This document shows positions 11,892-24,884 of a DNA stretch of 64,000 bases, piece by piece (position 1 is the first letter of the stretch; every line of letters starts with the position of its first letter). The notes beneath the pieces were generated by a model. The model did not search any database. It had not been told where the DNA came from and worked only from the letters and a program-made list of their open reading frames with translations. Both the position numbers and the translations under genes were made by a program. The stretch covers positions 37,528,761 through 37,592,760 of the forward strand of contig NC_068981.1 of the NCBI RefSeq assembly GCF_001194135.2. The letters run 5' to 3'. The stretch comes from Octopus bimaculoides (Eukaryota).

Positions 11892-12678
11892 CAAGGGGTT
11901 ACCCCCAAAAAACCGGTATTTTGTTATATTATTTTATTCACTAAGTTTTACATGTTTACACTTTTATCATCTTCAAAATATTCTCCATTTGAAGCAATGC
12001 ATTGGTCCAGAGGAGTTTTCCAATATTGGAAGCAGTGCTGGAACTCTTACAAAGTGATGCCTTTTAATGCCTCTGTCATCTTTCTCTTCACCTCTTCCAC
12101 ATTTGCAAATTCCGTAGCACCAGCTCTCATCACCAGTGAAGACATTCGAAAGATGGTCCAGATCAACTTTCAAGTGTTATTTCAGCTCACGACACGTATT
12201 CAGTCGTGACTGCTTTTGATCTTCGGTGAGTAAGTGAGACAAAAATTTTGCTGCAACTCTTTTCATTTGCAATTCCTCACTCAAAATTCGTTGGCAGGAG
12301 CTCCAGGACACATCAGTCATATCAACAAGTCCGTCAATTGTTCAACGACGGTCTTCCAAGAACAGTTCAAGAATTTTCATGATGTTTTCATTCGCTCGGG
12401 AGTTCGATGGTCGCCCTAAATGAGTTTGGTCCTCAAGTGACAAGTGACCATTTCTAAAGTGTGAAAACCACTTGTAAACTTGTGTTTTGTGCATGGCAGT
12501 GGCCTTATAAGCTGTTTGAAGCATGACAACTGTTTTAGCTGCCATTTTCACCTACAGAAAACAGAATTTCAGTCTCATACCTTAAGGTCGCATCAAGTGG
12601 TTTCTAGCGGTGGAAGCCTGAGCTATAATGGGCGTCTCCCACAGAGAACGTTTTCGGTTATTTTTGGGTATACCCTTG
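11892..12678 (-). mobile_element. Internally deleted mariner transposon with TIRs and TA target duplications
   Basis: TA|CAAGGGGTTACCCCCAAAAAACCGG..TTTTCGGTTATTTTTGGGTATACCCTTG|TA; minus-strand HTH (QVYKWFSHFRNG..GRPS) and FTGDESWCYG; rest of the catalytic domain deleted. Confidence 0.9.
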
Positions 12679-13665
12679 TAATCTACTATCTGCTTTAAAA
12701 CCACTACCTTGTTTTTCTAGCAATGTCCACTCCATCATGACTCAATTTGAGAGCACCTCCATCCCATCAGTCACAGAACCTTGTAAACGTACCAGGGATA
12801 TTTCTCCCTTCTGTTAAAAGATAAAAAAAGGAGTCTGTCTTTGAATGACTCTTTAGCCCTCTTCTGTGTAGCAAACAGCAATTCTTAGATTTATGGCTGA
12901 AGTGACAAGGTTGGTAATGTAGAATGTGTGACATCACATATCATCCAAGAAGGGCAATTTGCTCCCCTCAAACAGGAAAAGCATTAATCCATCGTTACAT
13001 TCAAAACAACAAACTCTAGTTGCAACAAAATAAACTACAATGTCTTGGTGTTTTATAGTAACATTCAATGATACATTGTGTGTGAAAAATGTCCTATACT
13101 GTATTGATAAGAGAATGGGTGAAGTCTGAGCTTATCAACATCTCCACAGAAGAATTTATGTGACTCCCACAAAGTGCAGAGCATCACTAAGGCATGTTCC
13201 CTCATCATTGAGAATGGGTCAGGATACTATCTGAAGAGGGTGCCACTTTTACCCAGTTGCAACTATTTGGTGATGAAGCATCGTGTATTAAATGAGACAG
13301 CTGAAGGATGACTGGATACTTTTGCTGGGGGAACTACATTTGATATTACACAAATAGTGTTCATTGTCTACATTCTGGAGGACACTAATGCAATATATAT
13401 ATATATAAATGTGGGTGTGTGTGTATACATGTATATATATATATACAAAGTATGGGAATTTAGTTAATAGGTGATCTAAATGATTAGGTACACTAGGTAA
13501 GTGCTGTAATGGATTACTAGGGCTCCAAGGTTATAGCCGAGGTGGTAGTTATGGAGCCATTGTAGATTTCTGATGCAGTGGATATATAATTGTTAAACAG
13601 GACGTTAAACATTAAGGCAAGGCAAAAAAAGTCTTATGCAATATTATTGCAGGAAGAAATTCAAA

Positions 13666-13721
13666 ATCTTACAGCCATTTCAGGGATATCCTCGAGTGTG
13701 GGATATTCTGTCATCAGAGAC
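13666..13721 (-). ncRNA. Hammerhead motif, mutated copy (left arm)
   Basis: Minus strand: GTCT|CTGATGA-CAGAATATCC-cacactcga-GGATATCCCT-GAAAT-GGCT-GTA|AGAT; stem III changed from ACAGCTGT to ATGGCTGT. Confidence 0.6.
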
Positions 13722-13979
13722 AAATTGGGAAGAATATATAGAAAGAATACTCACATGGATATACTCAGGATTGCACCTAAAGACTTACACACATGGATAT
13801 ATGCAGGATTGTACCTAAGGACTCATGCTTTGGTTTCTATAACTTAGGAAAGTTGAACTATGAACTTTTATGTTTCTTTTCTGCTCTCTTTCCATCTCCT
13901 TATTCTTTTACTCCCTTCCTCTATGTTATCATCTTATTGATATATACCATTCTCATTTACCATATTTTTCCCCAAAATT

Positions 13980-14035
13980 GTCTCTGATGATGGAATATCC
14001 CATACTCGAGGATATCCCTGAAACAGCTGTAAGAT
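13980..14035 (+). ncRNA. Type I hammerhead ribozyme motif (right arm)
   Basis: GTCT|CTGATGA (13984-90)-TGGAATATCC-catactcga-GGATATCCCT-GAAAC-AGCT-GTA (to 14031)|AGAT; 4-bp stem I, stem II 8 of 10 paired, palindromic ACAGCTGT. Confidence 0.8.
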
Positions 14036-14134
14036 TTTGAATTTCTTGCTGTAATAACATTATATATGACACGAGAGTTTTGCCTTGCCGTAATGTTTGA
14101 TGTCTTGTTTAACAATTATATATATCTGTATGAC

Positions 14135-14141
14135 TGTATAA

Positions 14142-14177
<36 letters not shown>

Positions 14178-14567
14178 ATATACGTATGTAAATATATATA
14201 TATANNNNNNNNNNNNNNNNNNNNNNNNNNNNNNNNNNNNNNNNNNNNNNNNNNNNNNNNNNNNNNNNNNNNNNNNNNNNNNNNNNNNNNNNNNNNNNNN
14301 NNNNNNNNNNNNNNNNNNNNNNNNNNNNNNNNNNNNNNNNNNNNNNNTATATGTATGTATATATATATATGTATATATGTGTGTGTGTATATATATACAA
14401 ACACACACAAATACACATACCTATAAAATTTAGATACATGTAGATATGCACATATATTTATATATATATTCATTACATGCATATATACATAGATGCATAC
14501 ATATGCATATGTACGTGTATATACATTTGTATGTATGTCTGCATATATACACACACATATATGCATG

Positions 14568-14604
<37 letters not shown>

Positions 14605-14770
14605 GCATGTATTATACATCTATACAAACATATATACATATATATGTGTGTGTGTGTCTATGTGCAAACATATATATATTCTCATATATGTGTGTGTATA
14701 TATGTGTGCTTATATGTATACACACACACACACACACACATTCACTCATATATGCTCACATATATCTTGA
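14135..14770. repeat. Compound (TA)n/(CA)n/(TG)n microsatellite field around the gap at 14205-14347
   Basis: Visible dinucleotide runs; source of many spurious Y/I/C/V ORFs. Confidence 0.9.
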
Positions 14771-16798
14771 AAAAGCTATAAACAATATTTTACCAAAGAA
14801 ACTGTAAATGGTTTCATGGAAAGTAATAAAGTATGTTTTAGAAATGCAAGGTGATGCAGAGAGCGAAAACAATTACCAAAAAGTGTATGGAAATACATTT
14901 GCTTAGAGTCATTTAAACACTGAGAGAATAGTCAATAAATTCATAGGAAAATATATATTCACAAACTGGAAATGGTGATTTTCTTAACTTTCTTCTTTTT
15001 GTTTGGTTTTTATTGATTCATTCTTTTTACATTCATTTTCTCAACCAGACTACAGTCTTGTTTGGTGATGTATTCAAAGTATACCTTACAAAAACTTGAT
15101 TACTTAATAGTAAATGCTATGTTTCTATTTTATCGACCCAGTTAAGGTTTGCACATTTCGTGGTAGGTATGGTAATGATTGTCCTTTTCAGATATATTTG
15201 CACAGACAAATGCATTAAACAGATATTATTTTGTACAAATATTATATAATGATATGTATAAGCCAGTCACGATATTCCAAAGGTCTATGCATATAAAACG
15301 CTACACTTAAAACATTTAGTACTAAAAATTGAAGGCTATGAATAATCTTTAGAATCAATGTCTGTTTCTGTGCGTGTATGGTTATGATATAGTGGACTGC
15401 TTATTATATGCATCTATACTTGCACAAAATCATTTATTCACACATAGAGCATGTATATATTTGTTCACATCTTTGTGGATGCATGTGTGGGACTGTGTAT
15501 ATATGACTCCGTATTATTATTAATAATGTACACTAAAACATGTGTAGAAGTATGAAAGTATAAATTATGAATTGAAACATCATTTTTAGTAAGTTGGCAT
15601 TTATACGCAAAAATATTACTGAAATAGAAAATTAAATTATTCTGAGGCAGTGCTTTGCCTGAAGTAATCAAATGAAAATGAACAAAACCTAAGAAAGCCT
15701 AAGAGCTTCATTAATAATAAGAACATTTTTATCTTGTCATACATTTCTGAAAAGAGAAAAAGAAAATAATATAGAAAATATTAACAGACTTAGTTAATAA
15801 AATTTTAAAAATTATACAAAATGACAATTAATGAAATATAAAAAAAGAAAAAATTTAAACAAAATGGCAATGTAATTTTCAGCAGCTGAAAGTAACTAAA
15901 ACTAAAAAGAACTGATTGTCTTGAAACAGCAGAAAGTATTTAATTGTAATATAGTATTTTCTTTGCTGTATTTATAATTAAGATGAAACTTTTTAACAGA
16001 AAGAAAGTTTAGTTTACTTCATTCCTGAAAGTACAGGAATTGAAATATTACTGAGAATTTATAGTGAAAATTAATATTTGAAGTTGTTAAGGTTGCTGGA
16101 TAAAAATCGAATGGTTAAGATGTTTCCTCAATACTCAATGAAATTTTATTTAACTATCCATGGAAAATCTCATGCAAACTGATAACCATTATTATTATTG
16201 CTGTTATTGTTATTATCATCTACAAATTGTAACCCACCTTTGAAATTTCTCCTTTATCCATTGCCCCTTTGGCAGATGAATTATGAATATTGTTATTTTA
16301 TATCTATGCTAAATATTTCCATTTTTAACTCTACCATGTTCATTCTTTGTGTTCTTTCTCAAATCATTTATACAAGAAGATGAGATGGTCATGGCTATAA
16401 TGGCTTTGATCATAAGAAAGCTCGATAAGATCTAGCCCGAGCTAAAAAAACAATGGTAACATGTTTCTTTTAAAATTTTGATTTCATTCTTCTGATCATT
16501 GCAAACAGTTAAATAAATATGAATTAACTGATAAGATTTTAATCAAAATATTAGTAGTTAATACAAGCAAAAGTTTGAGACAGTAAAGTGCCATAGGCTT
16601 TTGTCAAGACTTGAACTCATGTATTTATTGTTTGCAATATAACCATATTAGCCATTATACTTCAGAACATCTCCAAATCCATTAACACATATTAAAAACT
16701 ATAAATTATTTTTGGTTTTTCAATTTTATCATTTTATCTTCTCAAGATAAGTGATCAGTCTTCATCAGTCACTTAGTTCTAGGAGAAGAATGGGGAAT

Positions 16799-16846
<48 letters not shown>

Positions 16847-18566
16847 TTCATCATCATCATCATCATTTAACGTCCATTTTCCATGCTGGCATGTGTTAGA
16901 TGGTTTGACTGGAACTGGCAAGCCAGAGAGTTGTACCAGGTTCTAGTTTGATTTTAGTTTGATTTCTACAATTTGATGCTCTTCTTAATGCCAATCACTA
17001 CAAAAGTGTAGTGGGTGCTTTTACATTTCACTGACATTGTCCATGACTACAGTTTCACTTGGCAAATTGCAAAAGATCTTGATCACTTGTCATCGTCTCC
17101 AAGAGATCCAACATCTAAAGATCATGCTTCACCACATCATCCCATGTCTTCCTGGGTTTAACTCTTCCACAGGTTCCCTCCACAGTCAGAGATCAGCACT
17201 TCTTTATACAGCTGTCCTCAACCATATGCATCACATGACCATACCAATGTAGTCATCTCTCGTGCACACCACATCTGAAGCTTCTTATGCTCAACTTCTC
17301 TTTCAAAACACTTACACTCTGTTGTATATGCACACTGATATTGCACATCTAGCAAAGGATACTAGCTTCATTTCTTTCAAGCCTTTGTATATGCTTTGCA
17401 ATCACAACCCATGTCTCAATGGTGTGTAGCATGGCTATTTGCACACAGGCATCATACAACCTGCCTTTCACTCTGAGGGATAGGTCCTTTGTTACCAAGT
17501 AAGGTAGAAGCTCTCTGAACTTCACCCAGCTTATTCTTTTTTCTAGCAGCTACGTTCTCAGGACATCTGTCTTCACTGCTGACTTGATCAGTTAGGTAAT
17601 GGAAGCTATCTACTACTTCTAAGTATATACCCCTGACATTTGATGAAGCATATTTTCTGTACATTTCTAGTGTTTACTGTGCCTGTACATCTACCATACA
17701 CAAAGACTACTTTTTCTGTTAACTAACCACTCATCTATCCCTAGTTTCTGCATTGACCACCAGATAAGGGACCAGGGGACCCTGTCAAAGGCTTTCTCTA
17801 TGTCAACATAAGCCAGGTACAGAGGTTTATCTTTGGCTACTGTCTTACCAGAAATATAGCATCAGTGGTGCTTTCCCCTGGCACAAACCCAAACTGCATC
17901 TCGTCTAAACTAACTCTCTCCCTAATTAGTTGGGCTATGACCCTCTCCGTGACTTTAATTACCTGATCCAGAAACTTGATACCTCTGTAATTATTCATAT
18001 CTAATGCACCACCTTTACCTTTGTAGCAGTTGACTATGGTGCTGCTACACCAGTCATTGGGTATGACTCCTTCATGTATCCCCTGATTGACTATACAGGT
18101 GACTAGATTATAGTTGACACTGCCAGAAATTTTAAGCATCTCTGTGGTGATTCCTGATGGGCCAGGGGCTTTCCCTGTCTTCATACACTTAATTGCTTTA
18201 TCTACCAAAGTACTGTCAATTAAGATAGCTGGTTCTTCTGCTGGGTCGACATTTGGCAGACTCTCTTTCTCCTATTCATTGTTTTCATTTAGCAACCTTT
18301 CATAGTGGCATCTCCAAGTCTCTCCCTTTGCAGCCTCATTAAATGCAAGTGAGCTATCATCCATGTGGACACATTTCTCTCCTATGATATGATTCTCTCT
18401 CACACACTGTCTTGCAACATGAAACACTTTAAGTCTCTGGTCTTCATGACGCAGAACATTGGCAACTTTTTTCTTATCTCTGGTTAAGTAAACCTGTCTC
18501 CTAGCTTCCCTTCTGGCAATTTGATACAATTCTCGGCTACCACCATTTTTCTAGTCCTTCCATGCC
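16799..18566 (-). mobile_element. 5'-truncated, internally deleted RTE-clade LINE with (GAT)n tail
   Basis: KAPGPSGITTEMLK..NYRGIKFLDQVIKVTERV..QFGFVPGESTTDAIFLVRQ..AYVDIEKAFDRVP; central RT motifs (QG..SP, YADD) missing; RLHWYGHV C-terminus; (CAT)n on + at 16799-16866. Confidence 0.9.
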
Positions 18567-18799
18567 TGAAATTTATTACAAATTGTAATAGAACTATAAC
18601 AGAAATCTGTGTTCATTTCAGGATGTTTTGCTGGTGGTCAGCACCATTATTAGTTTTATGCTCTGTAAGAAAATGTGGATTCTATTCTTTAAGTATACTC
18701 AGAAAATCAATCTCCTTAAGTGCATAAATCATTCTTAAATTTAAATAAGTAAGTTTAGTTATACAGTAGGATTGTTTCTTAAAATCGCTGTATTTTAGT

Positions 18800-19200
18800 C
18801 TCATGTGAGACACCTAATGAAATATTGCTCTCACATTTGGGACAGTGCTGCGGCTGCACACACAGACTTTCTATGTCAACTCTCAGAAATGGGGCACTTG
18901 TCTGATAGGCATAAATTTACTCACAGACATACTTTCACCTTTGATCACAAGTGTGACATCTATTCTCTCTCCCCATCTTCTTTGAAGCTGACTACACTCG
19001 TACCATGTCCACTCAAGTGTACCCATCTGACACATCACTCTTCTTCTCATTACCCTTTCTGAGTTCAGCCCCTTGGGCCTTACACTAATTGTTATGCCAA
19101 GTATTTACATCTCAGAATGTCAACCCACTGGGTTTGCCTTACTGCTCATATCTTTCCTATCAGTGTTAACTTAGAAAAGTTCAAGAGGAATGTTAATGAT
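18800..19200 (+). mobile_element. Decayed CR1/L2/Jockey-group LINE 3' fragment
   Basis: KYCSHIWDSAAAAHTDFL..LVPCPL..T..THHSSSHYPF resembles the post-RT region (EYCSHVW..HPF) of these LINEs. Confidence 0.55.
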
Positions 19201-19376
19201 ATAGAGTTTCTTTCTTTGATTGAACAAGCCATCACATAAAAAATGAAGTCAAAGCCTATTTGATCTTCATAATATTGTTTTAGGAATTATTTTCAAAAGT
19301 CAATTGTTTTGAATACTTATCATGTGATCTACGAATGTTTGGGATCCATGGTATATACTATTTCTAAAACAAAGTA

Positions 19377-19408
19377 GTAGAGGTAGTGGTGGTGGTGGTG
19401 GTGGCGGC

Positions 19409-19485
<77 letters not shown>
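19377..19485. repeat. Compound (GGT)(GGC)(AGC)(AGT)n microsatellite
   Basis: Visible runs. Confidence 0.95.
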
Positions 19486-19853
19486 ATATACATTTATGAG
19501 TTCAAGAAAATTGTGTAACTTCATTTTGTCTGTTAACATTTTTTATACTAATACCTGGCAGCCATTAATTGAGATTTTCCAGAAAACTTCTGATAGGGAA
19601 TCTTTGTCATCTTGCTGAACACACCCCAACTGTAAATACATACCACCTAAGCAGTGAAACATAAAATATCTCCAGAATTAACTTTGGATTCATTCTTGAA
19701 TGATAAAATCTCTAAATAACTTTGTTGTCAAAACTCGATTCTTACTTTATAATTATATAGAAATAAATAGTGCCTCAGGGTGTTGTATTAGTTATTCCTA
19801 ACAGAAAAAGACTGTCTTCTTTTGGTTCAATCATGCTCTAATTTCTGCCAAAT

Positions 19854-19960
<107 letters not shown>

Positions 19961-21142
19961 AAAATGGTAATACTTATAGATATATGAAATAGAATTTTGT
20001 TGCAACGGTTTGTGACTAGTGTAGCCAGAAGCATATAAAGGAATATATTGTTCACACAAAATTTGTGTTTGATAATGATCGAAAATCAAAAATAATATTT
20101 TTTTAATATTTCTTCTTTATTCTTTTTTATGTATTTTCTTTTCAGAAAATGACAGTAAATAATCTTTGGAAAATTTGAGAAGTTAATGAGAATAGGCTTG
20201 TATTACTTACAGTGTTTACTATTTGTACAAGTTTAGACAGATTAAAAAAAACAAATTCTATGTAGAAAAATATATTTACTCTCAGTTACAAAAGAAAAAA
20301 AAAAAACCCTAATATAAAGCACAATATGTGATCAGACACCAGATGACCATAATTTCAACTTTTATTTTGAATTCCCCAGAAATCCAGAAATTCATGTGTA
20401 AATGATATACTGAATGATATTTTGGATAACAATAAAAAACAAAAACAAAGAAACAGATCATATGTGTTAGATGGCAGAGCAACTCAAGTCAGCTACTCAT
20501 AATCATGATATCTTGAGTAAGAGTAGTAGCTTCCTTTGCATGGAAGTCTCTCTTTCCATGTACCAATGTTTATCCAAGGAAAAAGCTGCTGATTTGAACT
20601 GTCACTGCTTGACACCTATCTGGCACAAGCATGTAACAGAAAGCAAAATGCCAGAACAGCTTCAACAAGCCAGACTGCTCAACACTTTAACAGTTCTGTC
20701 AATTCACTACTCTGGATTGATACTTTTTTTTATGATCCCCAAAAGATGAAAGACAAATCTAGCCTTAATGAAATTTGCACTCAGAGCACAGAAATTCAGA
20801 ACAAATACCATAATGTTGTCTGTTCAATACATTGATGATTCATTCAGTTCACAGTTCTACTCATAGCAATTAATAAATGCTACTTATGAAGGATGTAATA
20901 CAACAAAATAATGAATAAATTTTTTGGATGGGATATACATTTAAGATATATAATGCCATATCCCAGGTAAAGAAAAGACAATATAGCTGCTATTGTGTTT
21001 TCTTATCTAGTGAAAAATTTATTGGAAGTGTTCAAATTGTGACCATCTGCTTGTTGATTATGTATAAGCTGACTCCTAAATTGTTTTATTTTCATGCAAT
21101 TAAATTATCAATTCATTATTGAGATGTCAGCAAAAAACAATG

Positions 21143-21207
<65 letters not shown>

Positions 21208-23919
21208 AAAATATTTTAAAATCAAACTGACTATTCAAACACACTTAAATATTCACCTTGGGTTAAAAGTCCAAACCATTTAACCATTCTAACATCAGGA
21301 ATGACAGAAAATAAATTCGACTTTCAAATAAAATTTGTCATTTATCACAGACACACATATACACACACACACAAAAAATCTGTGTTATAATTAAAGCTGT
21401 TTTTGTGTTCTAAAATACTGTTCTTTTACAGCAAAGTTATTGAAAACTTACATAATTTCTTACAAGCAATTTTCTTATTTAGATATGTCTACAAATATTT
21501 TATATGTTTTATTTACTCTTTTCACAAATATAACAGAAGATAAAGAAATTCTTATAATTAATGAAGCTCCAAGACTTTCTTAACTTTTATCCATTTCCAT
21601 TTGATTACTTCAGGCAAAGAAATGCCTCACAATAAGTTCATTTTCTATTTTAGTATTATCTTTGCATATAAACTTGCTATAACTGACGTTTCAATTTATG
21701 TTTTCATATCTTTACCTATGTTCAATTACAATATCATTAGCATTATATGTAATTCAATTTATATAGCATTCTTTTCAGTTATATACTGCATATGTATGAA
21801 GTCTAGGATACTTTTAAGAAATAAATGAAGCAGTCCAGACTGAGAACCAGATTACAAAGATGCCCTATAAAGCACTCAACATATTTTCTTTCAAAGTTTT
21901 ACATCCATTTGTTTATTATTTCAAAGTTTTACCTTTTTATTTCTTTTATTTATTGGATTATGGCCATGCTATTGCACTGTCTGCATGGGCAAATACTTTT
22001 AGTCACCCATATGAACAGTATTTCTTTATGGAGTACTACCTCATAATTTTGATACTCAGCAAAGCAACTCGACCCCGGTTCATAAAGGTAAACATAAATA
22101 CAGACATGGCTTTACACAAACACATCATCATCATCAGTAACAGCAGTAATATAGCAGCATTTTAGCTTAGTTTTTAAGTATGGATGCCCTTTCTATCATC
22201 AAGCACATTATAAAATATCCTGAGTGCATTTCACCATGGCAACAGCTCTAGACCTTTTGTCATGTTACAATCATGACCCTATGCTATCTTCACTTAATTG
22301 TTATTCCCTTTACAGAGTGTACTGGGTGCATTTCATCATGACACAGCACCTTTTAAGACTAAAAAGTTCTCATTATCTTATGCTGAGTGCATTTGCTGAA
22401 TGCAACATGACCAAGAGGTTGAATAGCAAAAGAGTGATGATAGCAGAAACTAGGGTGCATGTAGGTGAAAGGAACAAGTATATGGTGGTAGAGACAGAGC
22501 TGTAGGGGTGCAGAGGTGGGAATGTCGGTTGTTAGAATAAAAAGGATGATGATTGGGTGTATTAAGCAGAGGATAGTAGGAAGGTGCTCGAGTACAGGTA
22601 AGTCCAGGTCCATACCTCATTAAAGGGATGGTATAGTCCAGTGAGAGGAAAATGGGGAAATGTTTCAGAGAGAAGAAGGTCAGATAGGTACAGTGACATC
22701 CCTACATAGTAAGAATGACATAGTGAATAGGAGAAATTCCGTAGTATCCAAAGAAAGTGGATAGAAGAGAAGGTGAGATGACAGTAATAGGAAGGAGAGT
22801 GACCAAGTAGAGAGTGTTAGAGCAAAAGATTGATAAAGAGAAATGAGTGGTCAAAAGATGTGAGAATGGTGAGAGGGTATTATGTGGCTGAGCAGGCTGT
22901 AGACATAGAGTCAATGAGGAATGTTAGATGAGAAACCCAAATACAGATATATTATACCTTCCAGCCTTCAACACCACCACACTTTCAGCATTCATTTCAC
23001 AATCCTTGCATAGCTGAACAAATCCTCTCCATGTCACAAGCTGTTTCAGTTTACTTTTTACATCTCTGTGATGCTCATCAACCCAAAGTTACCATACAGT
23101 TTCCATCAACCAAGTTACATTTATGAGAAACCATATGGCTATAAAACAAACTTTTTAATCATTCAGTCATTCCTACAACTAAGCCATGTTAATATGGCAC
23201 TAGTAAATTTAGATATTTTATATAGTTTAAAAACGTTTGTACAGTTGAATGCTTTAGTACTAACTACTGACAGGTGAAATTTAACAAAAGTTAATGCAAC
23301 TCAGTCATTTAATGTTAAACTTCAATCTCATCTTTAGAAAAGCACCATTACATATTTACCACTTATGTGTCACATATGCTTATAAGTTAAAAGTGAACAA
23401 AGTTGAAATAATCTCAGGACCTGACATAGAAGTAAAGAATTTGGCAAGAAGACACGTTTTGTGATTTTGAATAATTAAAGACAACTATGTAATTTGTAAA
23501 AATCAAATTATTGTTATCTTAGTTTATTATAGAGAAGTTTAAGTTGGCAAAATAATAATAAAAAAACGATAAAGATCCATCCTGATTCATACAAATTCAT
23601 AGGGCTGGTTTCCCAATTTCCATGGTGCATATACTTCCATGGAGCAATGTGAACTGAAGTGTTTTGCATGAGAATGCAATGCTTCACCTTGTCTAGGAAT
23701 AGAAACCACAATCCTTAATTACTAAGCCATGTGTCAAAATAATTGACTTGATTTTGAGATTTACTTTCCTCATCACTGCTAAGTACAGAAAATAAAAGTA
23801 AATCAATCTTTATTATGATTGTCATTAATTTTTGTTTTCCTTTCTTGAAAACAGCAAATCTTCACTTGCTTCACACACACACACACATGCGCGCGCATGT
23901 GCATGCATGCACTCACATA

Positions 23920-24075
23920 ATAGTATTAGGAAGGGCATCTAGCTGTACAAAACCATGCTAAATCAGACTAGAGTCTGGTGCAGGCTTCCAGCATGCCAGC
24001 CCAGTCAAACCGTCCAACCCATGCCAGCATGGACAACAGACGTTAAATGAGGATGATGATGACAATGATGATATA
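23920..24075 (+). mobile_element. SINE/RTE-tail family C fragment ending in (GAT)n
   Basis: TATTAGGAAGGGCATC.AGCTGTA..CCGTCCAACCCATGCCAGCATGGA..CGTTAAATGA.GATGAT; same tail as the RTE at 16799 and 29630. Confidence 0.8.
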
Positions 24076-24089
24076 TATATACAGTTGTA

Positions 24090-24200
24090 TGTTGGTGTAA
24101 ATGGTTAATGCACTAGTTGCAAAAACAAAGAGATGTGGGTTTGAGTCCCTTGCGTAGAGGAAAACCTACCTTTCTACCATTGGGGTCTTATATACCCTAT
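24090..24200 (+). mobile_element. Decayed tRNA-derived SINE head
   Basis: A-box-like TGGTGTAAATGG and B-box-like GGTTTGAGTCC; no intact cloverleaf. Confidence 0.45.
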
Positions 24201-24736
24201 TATTAGACTATTTTCTTTAGTCATTGCACGGTGATCACTAATAAACTTTAAGTTTATGAAATACTATTATTATTATTTACTTAATGAATTATAAAAATCA
24301 ACACTGCTTAACAAAAAACCATCGCATTTNNNNNNNNNNNNNNNNNNNNNNNNNNNNNNNNNNNNNNNNNNNNNNNNNNNNNNNNNNNNNNNNNNNNNNN
24401 NNNNNNNNNNNNNNNNNNNNNNNNNNNNNNNNNNNNNNACATGCAAGTGCTACCAGTCGAGAACACCACATACTGGAAGCCAGCAGGTTTATGGGATCAT
24501 CAGGAGAGAATGCGCGCCGTTTTGGGGCCTACCTTTCGACGGCATCAATGCGCACCGGCCCCCCTCACTGATATAAGGCCCCGCTTGCTAGATCAACTGA
24601 TTATTAAAAACAAAGCTCAATTTTTCTCTAGCCATCGCTCATCGTCCCTTTTTAACCAAATCCAGTGGCTAGCCTTCTCCACTGTATTTTGGATATCAAT
24701 CATGGTGGTGTTTACAAAAATTTAAAGTTTGGACAT

Positions 24737-24797
24737 AAAATTACCAGAGATTTCATACCCACAAAGCCAAAACCTTGTGGACAGCTCGTCAGACTCT
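24737..24797 (-). ncRNA. Degenerate hammerhead motif
   Basis: Minus strand: AGAGT|CTGACGA-gctgtCCACAAGG-ttttgg-CTTTGTGGgtat-GAAAT-CTCTG-GTA|ATTTT; stem I pairs only with G-U wobbles. Confidence 0.45.
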
Positions 24798-24884
24798 CTA
24801 TAAAGACAAAAAAATTCAACTTTCTTTGTCGCAGACGTGAGGAAATACTCAGAAATCAAGATTTAAGTCTTAACATATAAAAGC

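Larger units (their letters stand above)
13581..14126. mobile_element. ~545-bp foldback element with ~160-bp imperfect inverted arms, each carrying a hammerhead motif (Penelope pLTR-derived?)
   Basis: Left arm 13581-~13740 is complementary to right arm ~13960-14126; the spacer holds a ~37-bp tandem duplication (CACATGGATATA..CAGGATTG.ACCTAA.GACT). Confidence 0.8.

Noticed and set aside
14060-14807. Long ORFs rich in Y/I/H/T/C/V (also 42066-42380, 43205-43545, 55445-55866, 62139-62852)
   Set aside because: Translations of dinucleotide microsatellites or N gaps.
24090-24170. tRNA gene
   Set aside because: A and B boxes are present but acceptor and anticodon stems do not pair; treated as a SINE head.
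24748-24790. 39-nt minus-strand exon candidate (..TTTGTCTTTATAG|AGAGTCTGACGAG..GTGG|GTATGA; SLTSCPQGFGFV or ESDELSTRFWLCG)
   Set aside because: It coincides with the degenerate hammerhead (CTGACGA, stem II, GAAA), which explains the sequence more simply; there is no supporting neighbour exon.
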